Positions 56,193-64,000 of a DNA stretch of 64,000 nucleotides are shown in pieces. The first letter of the stretch is position 1, and the number at the start of each line of letters is the position of its first letter. Source of the DNA: Chlamydiota bacterium (GTDB taxonomy: Bacteria > Auribacterota > Tritonobacteria > UBA1439); the NCBI GenBank assembly GCA_012729785.1, contig JAAYCL010000044.1, forward strand, positions 34,752-98,751. The letters are read 5' to 3'. Under the pieces are notes generated by a model. That model did no database searches. It saw only the letters and a list, made by a program, of their open reading frames with translations, and was not told where the DNA came from. The translations under genes were made by a program, and so were the position numbers.

Positions 56193-57566
56193 ATGAAGAT
56201 CGCGCTCGTTTTCCCGCGGTTGAATTCTAGGTCGGGGGACCCGCCCCTCGGGCTTGGGTACCTCGCCTCCAACCTGCCCGCAGACCTCGGGGCGCGGGTG
56301 ACCCTCGTGGACGGGACGTTCCTCAAATCGGCGGAGGAATTTCACGCCAGGCTCGAAGAGACTCGCCCCGACCTCGCGGGCATCTACTTCGACACGATGA
56401 GCTACGAACGCGGGATCGAGGCTGCCAGGCGGGCGAGGGCGATGGGGGCGTTCGTGGTGGCCGGGGGCCCGCACGCGACGGTCCTCCCCGAGACACTCGT
56501 GGATCATGCGGACATCGTGGTGCTGGGCGAGGGTGAGCGGACCTTCGCCGAGGTCGTCCGGGCCTCGGCGTCCCGCGATCTGAAGGGGGTACGGGGCATC
56601 TGCTACCGGGAGGGAGGCCGGATCGTCACGAGCGCACCCCGCGAGCCGGTCGCGGATTTGGACGCCTTGGAGTTCCCGGACCGGCGCCTGTTCGATATGG
56701 AGAGGTACACGGCGACCTGGCACTACCTCGACATCCTCGGGATGAAGATCAGGGGGACGACGGTCGTCGCCTCCCGGGGCTGCCCCTTCCGGTGCACCTA
56801 CTGCCAGCCCACGCTGGTGAAGCTGTTCGGCAGCCGGCTGAGGATGCGGAGCCCGTCGAACATCGTCGCGGAGATCGCGGGGCTGAAGCAAGACCACGGC
56901 ATCAGGGGGATCTTCTTCCACGACGACACGCTGACGGCGAACCGGCGCTGGCTCGAGGAGCTCTGCGACCGCCTCATCGCGGACCGGCTCGATATCCTGT
57001 GGGCGTGCAACACGCGGGCCGACATCACCGATGACGCGACGTTCCGGAAGATGCACGAGGCGGGCGTCCGGTATCTCCACATCGGCGCCGAGTCGGGCAG
57101 CCAGCGGATACTCGACGACGTCTACAAAAAGCGGATACGCCTCGAGAACATCAAGACGACCATCGCCGCGGCGAGGCGGGCGGGGATCAGGGCGGGCTGC
57201 TTTTTCATGCTCGGCGCCCCGACGGAGACAAGGGAGGAGCTCCGCAGGACCATACGATTCGCCTCCTCGCTCGACATAGACGAGGCGACGTTCAACATCG
57301 CTACCCCCCTCCCCGGGACATACCTGTTCGACATGGTGACGGAGCTCGGCTACAAAATCAGCGACAACTACACGGATTTCAACTACTATTCACGCAGGGC
57401 GTTCGAGGACCCGAACATAGACACCCGGACGCTGAAGAGATTCCAGCGGAAGGCCCTCTTCAGCTTCTACCTGCGGCCCCGGCGCTGGGGGTACATCCTG
57501 CGGCATTTCGTGTCGCCCGGGGGCATCCCGAAGCTCGTCACCAAGGTCAGGAGATTCTTCCGATGA
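56193..57566 (+). CDS. Cobalamin-binding (class B) radical SAM protein
   Basis: MKIALVFPRL...LGLGYLASNL; ASRGCPFRCTYCQ. Confidence 0.85.
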   Translation: MKIALVFPRLNSRSGDPPLGLGYLASNLPADLGARVTLVDGTFLKSAEEFHARLEETRPDLAGIYFDTMSYERGIEAARRARAMGAFVVAGGPHATVLPETLVDHADIVVLGEGERTFAEVVRASASRDLKGVRGICYREGGRIVTSAPREPVADLDALEFPDRRLFDMERYTATWHYLDILGMKIRGTTVVASRGCPFRCTYCQPTLVKLFGSRLRMRSPSNIVAEIAGLKQDHGIRGIFFHDDTLTANRRWLEELCDRLIADRLDILWACNTRADITDDATFRKMHEAGVRYLHIGAESGSQRILDDVYKKRIRLENIKTTIAAARRAGIRAGCFFMLGAPTETREELRRTIRFASSLDIDEATFNIATPLPGTYLFDMVTELGYKISDNYTDFNYYSRRAFEDPNIDTRTLKRFQRKALFSFYLRPRRWGYILRHFVSPGGIPKLVTKVRRFFR

Positions 57567-59008
57567 AGGTTAAGTTCGTCAACGCAACCCTCGGGGGCGA
57601 CTACAGCGCGCTCGACATCGCCATCACCTGCCTGGCCACCTACCTGAACGAGAGGACGCCGCATCGCGCCACGATTACGGACCTGACGTTCAGGCGGAGG
57701 GTGTGGAAAGAAAAGCTGCTGGCCGACATCGACCGGGATGCGCCGGACCTGATCGGCATCTCCGCCAACACGATGTACATGCAGTACGTGAAGGAGGTCA
57801 TCGCGCACATCGCGCGGCACCGCAACCTCCCGGTTATCCTCGGCGGCTACCACGCGTCGCTCAAACCCGAGGAGACGCTCTCGCTTCCCGGCGTGGACGC
57901 CCTTTTCATCGGAGACGGGGAGCTCACCCTCGCCGACTATCTAAACCGCCTCGAGGGGGGCGGGGACGTCTCGCAGATCCCCGGCGTCTGGACGAAGCGC
58001 AACGGAACCATCGTCAAGACCGGCCGGGGGTGTTTCATCAAGGAGATCGACAGTCTCCCGATCCCCAACTGGGACCTCTGGGAGGATCTGGACCTCTACT
58101 TCTACTTCCTGGGGATGCTCTACATCATCGGCACGCGCGGCTGCCCGTTCAAGTGCACCTACTGCGACGCGCACGGCATCTCGGAGGCGGTGGAGGGGCA
58201 GTACTACCGGGTGCGGGACCCGGTCAGCTACGCGCAGGAGATCGCCTTTCAGTGGGAGAAATATAAGCACCGGAACATGCGGCTCGCCCAGCTCTTCGAC
58301 CAGATCCCCACCGCCAGCATCGCGTGGCTGCGTCCGTTCTGCGAGTCCTACATGCAGACGAGCGCCTGGGGAAAACTGCGGTACAGCATGTTCGCCCGCA
58401 TCGACCAGCTCGACGAGGAGAAGCTGGAGCTGCTGGGCAAGTCGGGGTGCGCCCTCCTGCGCGTCGGGATCGAGTCCGGGAACGACTTCATCCGCAACGA
58501 GGTCTACGGCAAGCATATCTCCCGGGAGAAGATTAAGGAGATCTTCAGGATCGCCAAGGCGAACGGCATCGGCTTCACGGCGTTCAACATCCTCGGGGGC
58601 CCCGCCGAAACCCCGGCGACGCTGCGGGACACCATCCGGCTCGCCATGGAGCTCGACGCGAACCGGACCGCCTTTTTCATCTACAAGCCGTTCACCGAGG
58701 AGGGATGCCGGCAGATCTACCAGTACGGCGGATGGATAGACGATGCGCGGTGGAAGGCGGCCGACAACATCACCTTCGGCGCCGTGGTCGAATCGAAGAA
58801 GCTAAGGGTCAGGACGGTGGAACGGTACCAGAAAATCGCCTACTTCCTCACCTTCGGCAGACGCCTGCTCAGGATGATCCTGCGCCAGAAGCTACGGTAC
58901 TTCAGGAACCTCTTCGTCTACCTCCGGCGGGGGTGGCGGTACGGCCTGCACTTCGGCTACACGATGATCTACTACCACATCTACGGCTACGACAACGTCG
59001 ACAAATGA
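57563..59008 (+). CDS. Cobalamin-binding (class B) radical SAM protein
   Basis: ATGA overlap with the upstream gene. GTRGCPFKCTYCD. Confidence 0.85.
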   Translation: MKVKFVNATLGGDYSALDIAITCLATYLNERTPHRATITDLTFRRRVWKEKLLADIDRDAPDLIGISANTMYMQYVKEVIAHIARHRNLPVILGGYHASLKPEETLSLPGVDALFIGDGELTLADYLNRLEGGGDVSQIPGVWTKRNGTIVKTGRGCFIKEIDSLPIPNWDLWEDLDLYFYFLGMLYIIGTRGCPFKCTYCDAHGISEAVEGQYYRVRDPVSYAQEIAFQWEKYKHRNMRLAQLFDQIPTASIAWLRPFCESYMQTSAWGKLRYSMFARIDQLDEEKLELLGKSGCALLRVGIESGNDFIRNEVYGKHISREKIKEIFRIAKANGIGFTAFNILGGPAETPATLRDTIRLAMELDANRTAFFIYKPFTEEGCRQIYQYGGWIDDARWKAADNITFGAVVESKKLRVRTVERYQKIAYFLTFGRRLLRMILRQKLRYFRNLFVYLRRGWRYGLHFGYTMIYYHIYGYDNVDK

Positions 59009-60429
59009 GGATTGCCTTCGTCCACAGCTTCCCCCAGGAATACCACGGCATCATGTACCTCGCCGCGGCGCTCAAGGCCGCGGGGCACGAGTGCGAGGTG
59101 TTCGTCACCTCGCTCGAGAAGAACATCCTCGGGGAGCTCGCCCGTTTCGCCCCCCGCCTCGTGGGTTTCTCCTGCACCACCGGCGAGCACCTCGCGATGG
59201 CGCGCCTTGCCGGACGGGTCAGGCGGGAGCTCGGCGCGATGACCGTCTTCGGCGGAGCGCACGCGACCGTCTGCCCCGAGATCGTCGAGCACGAGGGCGT
59301 GGACGCCGTCTGCGTCGGGGAGGGGGAGGACGCCCTCTGCGAGCTCGCGGCGGTCCTGGAGCGGAACGGAGAGATCGCCGAAATCAGGAACCTTTGGGTC
59401 AAGCGCGGCGGCGCCGTGGTGAAGAACGAACCCAGGCCGCTGCGGGAGGATCTCGAGAGCCTCCCCCGGCCCGACTGGTCCCTGTACTACAAGTACCGGT
59501 TCCTCCGCGAGAAGACGACGAAGACGTTCATCGGGAGCCGTGGGTGCCCGTTCCGCTGCACCTTCTGCACGGACCCGTATTTCCAGTCGCTCTACCGCGG
59601 GAAGGGGAGGTACCTCAGGATGCGGGCTCCGCGGAGCTTCGCCGCGGAGATACGGGAGCAGAAGGAGATCCTGCGCTTCGACACGGTCACCTTCGACGAC
59701 GAGGTCTTCGTCTGGAACAGGGACTGGCTGCGCGAGTTCCTCCCTCTCTATCGCAGGGAGGTCGGCCTCCCGTTCTTCTGCGGCGTCAGGGCGGACACCC
59801 TGACCGAGGAGATCGTGGGCGAGTTGCGCGAGGCCGGCTGCTACGGGATGTCGTTCGGCGTCGAGAGCGGGAGCGAATTCGTCCGGAACGAAATAGGGGG
59901 GAAGGGGATCAGCAACGAGCAGATCGTCTCGGCGGCCCGGTGGGTGAAGGCGCGGGGGATCATTTTGAGGACGACCAGCATGTTCTGCATGCCGGGCGAG
60001 ACCCCCGCGCGGGCCTGGGAGACCGTGCGCCTCAACGTCGACTGCCGGGTCGACCACCCGTTCGCCTACGTCTACCAGCCCCTCCCGAAGACCGGGATGT
60101 ACGACTACGCCAAGGCGCGCGGCTACCTCGGCGACGGGTTCAACTTCGACCGGCTCGAGCCGCTCCACCTCGGCGACAATCCTTTGCGGCTGGAGAGGAA
60201 GGGGGAAATCCTGAACATCCAGAAGCTCTTTTACCTCGCGGTCCGCCACCCGCGCCTCATCCCCCTGCTGCGGCTCCTCGTGAAACTCCCCCCGAACCCG
60301 CTCTTCAACGGAATCTTCAAGATCTGCCTGGTGAGGAACTACTCGCGCTACAAGAAACTGGGCCTGCGCAAGACCCTCGCGATCGCCCTGAAGACGCGCG
60401 GTATCGCGCAGGAGGTCGAACCGCTATGA
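59005..60429 (+). CDS. Cobalamin-binding (class B) radical SAM protein
   Basis: ATGA overlap with the upstream gene. MRIAFVHSFPQEYHGIMYLAAALKAAGHE; GSRGCPFRCTFCT. Confidence 0.85.
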   Translation: MRIAFVHSFPQEYHGIMYLAAALKAAGHECEVFVTSLEKNILGELARFAPRLVGFSCTTGEHLAMARLAGRVRRELGAMTVFGGAHATVCPEIVEHEGVDAVCVGEGEDALCELAAVLERNGEIAEIRNLWVKRGGAVVKNEPRPLREDLESLPRPDWSLYYKYRFLREKTTKTFIGSRGCPFRCTFCTDPYFQSLYRGKGRYLRMRAPRSFAAEIREQKEILRFDTVTFDDEVFVWNRDWLREFLPLYRREVGLPFFCGVRADTLTEEIVGELREAGCYGMSFGVESGSEFVRNEIGGKGISNEQIVSAARWVKARGIILRTTSMFCMPGETPARAWETVRLNVDCRVDHPFAYVYQPLPKTGMYDYAKARGYLGDGFNFDRLEPLHLGDNPLRLERKGEILNIQKLFYLAVRHPRLIPLLRLLVKLPPNPLFNGIFKICLVRNYSRYKKLGLRKTLAIALKTRGIAQEVEPL

Positions 60430-61706
60430 CGGTTGAACGGTGCGACGCGATCGTGCTCGGGGGAGGGCCCGCCGGCCTCGCCGCCGCGGATCGTCTGGCG
60501 GAGGGGGGGATGCGGGTCGTCCTTCTCGAGGCGGACACGGAGCTCGGCGGCCTGGCGAAATCGTTCCGGCAGGACGGGAAGTGGATCCCGATCACCTACC
60601 ACCACGTCATGGGGATCGACACCGCCACCCACCGGTTCCTGAAAAGGTTCGGTTTGTGGGAATCGATGGTCTGGAAGAGCATCAAGGTCGTCTTCTGGTT
60701 CCACGGGAAGGCGTACCCGCTCGTGCAGCCGTGGCACATCCTCGGCTTCGCCCCGCTCACCCCCCTGGAACGGCTCCGCCTCGTCCGTTTCGGCGTGGTC
60801 TGCTATTTCAAGAAGAACTGGCACGCGTTCGACGCGGTCAGGAGCGACGAATGGATCGAGCGGATGCTCGGCGGGAGGGCGCGGAAGGCGATCTTCGAGC
60901 CGCTCGCCGAGATGGAGTTCGGGACGCCCCTCTCCGCGGTGAGCAGCGGCTGGCTCGGCTACCGCCTCCACGAGAGCGCCCGGAACAGGTCCAGCTACGG
61001 CTACCCGTCCAAGGACCTGAAGGCGCTCATCGACGGGATCGCCGCGGCCGTCGAGAAGAAGGGCGGGCGCATCATGCGGGGGGTCGAGGCGGTCCGGGTG
61101 GGGCGGGGGACGGTGGAGGCCGTCGGCCCGAACGGGACGCGGCACCGCCTGGAGTCGCCGAGGATCGTCAGCGCCGTCCCGCCGGAGATACTGCTGCGCA
61201 TACACGAGGAGCCGGGGCGGCTGGATCCGGAACTCTCCACGATCCGCTACCGCCCCCTCATCTGCATGTGCTTCGGCTCGCGCCACCTCATCTCGCCGCA
61301 CTACTGGAACGTCTTCATGGAGCCGGTCCTCCGTTTCGGGGGCATCTTCAACCACACCGCCCTCTTCCCGGAGGGGGGGGCGCACGGGGAATATGTCTAC
61401 TACCTGTTCAGCTACGCCGACGAGGAATCCCCCCTCTACCGGACCTCCGAGGAGGAACTCGCGGCGATCTACCTCGAGGACATCCGCACCGTCTGCCCGA
61501 AATTCGACTATCTTTGGCGGAGGATATTCAAGATACCGTACAGCACGCCCCGGTACGGCCTCGGGTACAAAAACCCGCCCGTCGAGAGCGTCTACCCCGG
61601 CCTCTTCTTCGCCGGTGTGTACCGCAGGTACCCCTGCACCAGGACGATGCACACGGCGCTGCTGAGCGGCTGCGAGACGGCGGCGGCGGTTCTGAAGAAG
61701 GGGTGA
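60426..61706 (+). CDS. FAD/NAD(P)-binding oxidoreductase (amine-oxidase/phytoene-desaturase-like fold)
   Basis: ATGA overlap with the upstream gene. DAIVLGGGPAGLAAADRLAEGGMRVVLLEA is the dinucleotide-binding GxGxxG motif. Confidence 0.8.
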   Translation: MTVERCDAIVLGGGPAGLAAADRLAEGGMRVVLLEADTELGGLAKSFRQDGKWIPITYHHVMGIDTATHRFLKRFGLWESMVWKSIKVVFWFHGKAYPLVQPWHILGFAPLTPLERLRLVRFGVVCYFKKNWHAFDAVRSDEWIERMLGGRARKAIFEPLAEMEFGTPLSAVSSGWLGYRLHESARNRSSYGYPSKDLKALIDGIAAAVEKKGGRIMRGVEAVRVGRGTVEAVGPNGTRHRLESPRIVSAVPPEILLRIHEEPGRLDPELSTIRYRPLICMCFGSRHLISPHYWNVFMEPVLRFGGIFNHTALFPEGGAHGEYVYYLFSYADEESPLYRTSEEELAAIYLEDIRTVCPKFDYLWRRIFKIPYSTPRYGLGYKNPPVESVYPGLFFAGVYRRYPCTRTMHTALLSGCETAAAVLKKG

Positions 61707-61710
61707 GCGG

Positions 61711-62466
61711 ATGGAACGGCCCCCGCCTGCGCCGTCGAATGTGCCGCCGGGGAAACGGATCCTGATCGTCATCCCCGTCTACAACGAGCGGGAGAACATC
61801 GTCGGCCTGCTTGACCAGCTCCTCGCCATCCCGCCCGCCCTCGACGTCCTCCTCATCGAGGACAACTCCCCGGACGGCACGGGGGCGGTCGTGGACGCCT
61901 ACAGCCGGGAGAATCCCCGCGTCGCGGTCATACACCGGCCCGGAAAACTCGGCCTCGGCACCGCCTACGTCCGCGGGTTCGCCTACGCCATCGGGAACGG
62001 GTACGACTACGTCATCGAGATGGACGCCGACAACTCCCACGACCCCAAGTACATAGCCCCGTTCATCGAGGCGATCGAGGGATACGACCTCGTGATCGGC
62101 TCCCGTTATCTGAAGGGGGTGAGCTCGGTCAACTGGCCGTTCTGGCGCCTCGTGATGAGCTACCTCGCCAACAAGTACGTGCGCTTCGTGTCGGGGATGC
62201 CGTACACCGACTGCACCGGGGGCTACAAGATCATCTCCCGCCGTGCGCTCGAGGCGATCGACCTCCGCGAGGTGAAGTCCAACTCCTTTTCGTTCCAGTT
62301 CGAGCTTCTCTACCGGATGCACGCGAAGGGGATGCGGATCAGGGAGATTCCCATCATCTTCTACGAGCGCGCCATCGGGAAGTCCAAGATGGACAAGAAG
62401 ACGTTCTTCGAGGCGCTTTTGAAGGTAATCCAGCTCCGCCTGAAGCGTGCGCGTGGGCGGCTCTGA
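61711..62466 (+). CDS. GT2-family polyprenyl-phosphate sugar synthase (Dpm1/Ppm1-like)
   Basis: ILIVIPVYNERENI...LLIEDNSPDGT...VIEMDADNSHDP is the classic DPM1-type pattern. 251 aa. Confidence 0.85.
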   Translation: MERPPPAPSNVPPGKRILIVIPVYNERENIVGLLDQLLAIPPALDVLLIEDNSPDGTGAVVDAYSRENPRVAVIHRPGKLGLGTAYVRGFAYAIGNGYDYVIEMDADNSHDPKYIAPFIEAIEGYDLVIGSRYLKGVSSVNWPFWRLVMSYLANKYVRFVSGMPYTDCTGGYKIISRRALEAIDLREVKSNSFSFQFELLYRMHAKGMRIREIPIIFYERAIGKSKMDKKTFFEALLKVIQLRLKRARGRL

Positions 62467-62469
62467 GAG

Positions 62470-62820
62470 ATGAAGACGCCGTCCTCTTCGCGCGAAAAGG
62501 CTTTTCGTGGCGCGCGTCCCGCGCCGAAACGCTTGCTGAAGACGCTCGGCGAGGTCGCGGCAATCCTCGGGATAGCTCTCCTCGTGGTGTTCCTCTTCTT
62601 GCATGTGCCCATGAACGCCGATTCATATGTTCCCTACACCAACCTCGCGTGGGAGCACTTCATGTCCATGTCGATTGGGGCGTGGAGTACATCAAGGCGC
62701 TCTACGGGAACCGGGACCAGTGCAACGTGGCGGCGTGGCCGATGGATTCCGACGAGGTCGTGCGGAGGGTGTGCGACATCTGCCGGCAGACAGGCAGAAC
62801 GCCGATGTTCATACGGATGA
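62470..62820 (+). CDS. Hypothetical small membrane-anchored protein, probably frameshifted into ORF 62649..63080
   Basis: The N-terminus (MKTPSSS...ILGIALLVVFLFLHVPMNADSYVPYTNLAWEHF) looks genuine. The rest of this frame is GC-driven junk, while the overlapping frame from about 62660 looks protein-like. Confidence 0.35.
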   Translation: MKTPSSSREKAFRGARPAPKRLLKTLGEVAAILGIALLVVFLFLHVPMNADSYVPYTNLAWEHFMSMSIGAWSTSRRSTGTGTSATWRRGRWIPTRSCGGCATSAGRQAERRCSYG

Positions 62821-62986
62821 AGGAGCGGTCAGGCACCGACCTCGCGTTTTTGAAGAGGAACTTCTGGGGGCTCGTGCCGATGCAACTCGACTGCGATGCC
62901 GGCGCGTGGGAGATCTGGTGCCGGCCCGTGAGAAGGTGGAGGAGATACTCGCACGGGGGATACGGCGCGGCCCCCGGGACCGCACA

Positions 62987-63691
62987 CTACCCGCGCAGCC
63001 GGTACTTCAGGAGCGCGCAGAAGATCCTCGGCACGTCCCGCCAACTTATCTTCTTTCCCTGGTCGAAGCGCCGCGGGTAGTACCTGACGGGGACCTCATG
63101 GATGCGGTGCCCGCGCTTGAGGAGCTTGGCCGCGATTTCCACCTCGATGCCGAAGCCGTCGGATTTGATGTCGAGTGACCGGAAGATGTCCGTTCTGATG
63201 AGTTTGTAGCCGATCATGACGTCCGTGACGGTGGCGGTGAAGAGGACGTTGACCAAGAAATTGAGGGCGAGCCCCGCGAGGAACACCGCCCTGTCGGCCG
63301 ACGATCCCTGGACGGCGTGGTGGTAGTCGTAGTTGATCATCCGGGTCCCGAAGACGACGTCCGAGACCCCCTCCCGCACGGGCTCCAGCAAAAAACGATA
63401 GTCGTCGGGGTCGAGCTCCAGATCGGCGTCCTGGATGATGACGTAGTCGCCGGTCGCGTGCGCGAGGCCGGTCCGTATCGCCGCCCCCTTTCCGCTGTTG
63501 CGCTCGTGGCGGACGATCGTCGCCTTCCCCTGCAGCGCATCGCGGGCGAGATCCCCGGAGCCGTCGGTCGAGCAGTCGTCCACGACGATGAGTTCCTTCT
63601 CGGCGGGGATCTGCACCGCGAGGACCTTCCGCGCGATATCGAGGATCGTGCTTTTCTCGTTGTAGCAGGGGATGATGATGCTGAGTTTCAT
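62987..63691 (-). CDS. GT2-family glycosyltransferase (DPM1-like)
   Basis: [14 protein letters not shown]...[10 protein letters not shown]...IIQDADLE. 234 aa. Confidence 0.85.
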   Translation of the reverse strand: MKLSIIIPCYNEKSTILDIARKVLAVQIPAEKELIVVDDCSTDGSGDLARDALQGKATIVRHERNSGKGAAIRTGLAHATGDYVIIQDADLELDPDDYRFLLEPVREGVSDVVFGTRMINYDYHHAVQGSSADRAVFLAGLALNFLVNVLFTATVTDVMIGYKLIRTDIFRSLDIKSDGFGIEVEIAAKLLKRGHRIHEVPVRYYPRRFDQGKKISWRDVPRIFCALLKYRLRG

Positions 63692-63698
63692 CGGTTCC

Positions 63699-64000
63699 TT
63701 ACGCGCCGAAATCGACCGAGAGGGCCAGCCCCTCGGCGCCGCGCAGTTGTTCGGCTATTGTAACCGTCCTGAGCCCGCAGTCAAGGATAAGCTCCCGGGT
63801 GACGGGCCCGTAACGCGTCCCGAGGAAACCGTACGGATGCACGCAGAGGACCCTCCCGGGGAGAAGGTGGGGGCGGAGGGCGTCTGCGATTTCTTCAGGG
63901 CCGGGCTCGTGCAGGATCAGGGGGACGTCCATAAAGGCGATGCACCGCTCCATCGGGTCCAGCCGGGCGGCGGAGCAGAGCAGCGACGAGGAGTAGGCGA
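63699..64000 (-). CDS. Partial CDS (C-terminal ~100 aa; 5' end beyond window end), hypothetical
   Basis: Open minus-strand frame continues to position 64000 (...[36 protein letters not shown]...). Its stop lies 7 nt from the start of the next GT2 gene. Confidence 0.45.
   Translation of the reverse strand, partial: AYSSSLLCSAARLDPMERCIAFMDVPLILHEPGPEEIADALRPHLLPGRVLCVHPYGFLGTRYGPVTRELILDCGLRTVTIAEQLRGAEGLALSVDFGA

Noticed and set aside
1-64000. Mobile elements, integrases or transposases, prophage or GC-anomalous islands
   Set aside because: None of the ORFs has integrase, transposase or phage motifs. GC content is uniform apart from short intergenic promoters.

Overview
This 64-kb window is about 69% GC, densely coded and clearly bacterial: no rRNA, tRNA, CRISPR array or recognisable mobile element was found. 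It uses many GTG starts, and most adjacent same-strand genes overlap by 4 nt (ATGA/GTGA) or 1 nt (TGATG).

Almost the whole window is one large cell-envelope glycan locus:
- Cytoplasmic glycosyltransferases: 7 complete GT2 enzymes (DPM1/polyprenyl-phosphate-sugar-synthase-like, one of them the partial N-terminus at the window start) and 2 GT4 enzymes.
- At least 7 PMT_2/ArnT-type GT-C membrane glycosyltransferase paralogs, some fused to NHL-repeat or discoidin domains.
- A Wzm/Wzt ABC exporter whose ATPase carries a large glycoside-hydrolase-like C-terminal domain.
- A GDP-heptose/6-deoxyheptose-like nucleotide-sugar module (GHMP kinase, nucleotidyltransferase, Fcl-like reductase, SDR epimerases).
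- Decoration enzymes: two SGNH hydrolases, a SAM methyltransferase and an ADP-ribosylglycohydrolase-family lipoprotein.

The outstanding feature is 13 radical SAM enzymes embedded in this locus. Eight are cobalamin-binding class B enzymes and five are SPASM/twitch-type enzymes.
- One translationally coupled operon (52575-62466) alternates SPASM and B12 radical SAM genes and ends with an FAD oxidoreductase and a GT2.
- A second sub-cluster (35170-40143) pairs radical SAM genes with a DUF362 Fe-S protein and a four-repeat TIGR04076-like Cys-rich protein.

Several intergenic regions carry extended -10 (TGnTATNNT) promoter-like elements and short tandem direct repeats. I interpret the radical SAM complement as a candidate previously undescribed radical-SAM-dependent glycan or polyprenyl-linked sugar modification system.
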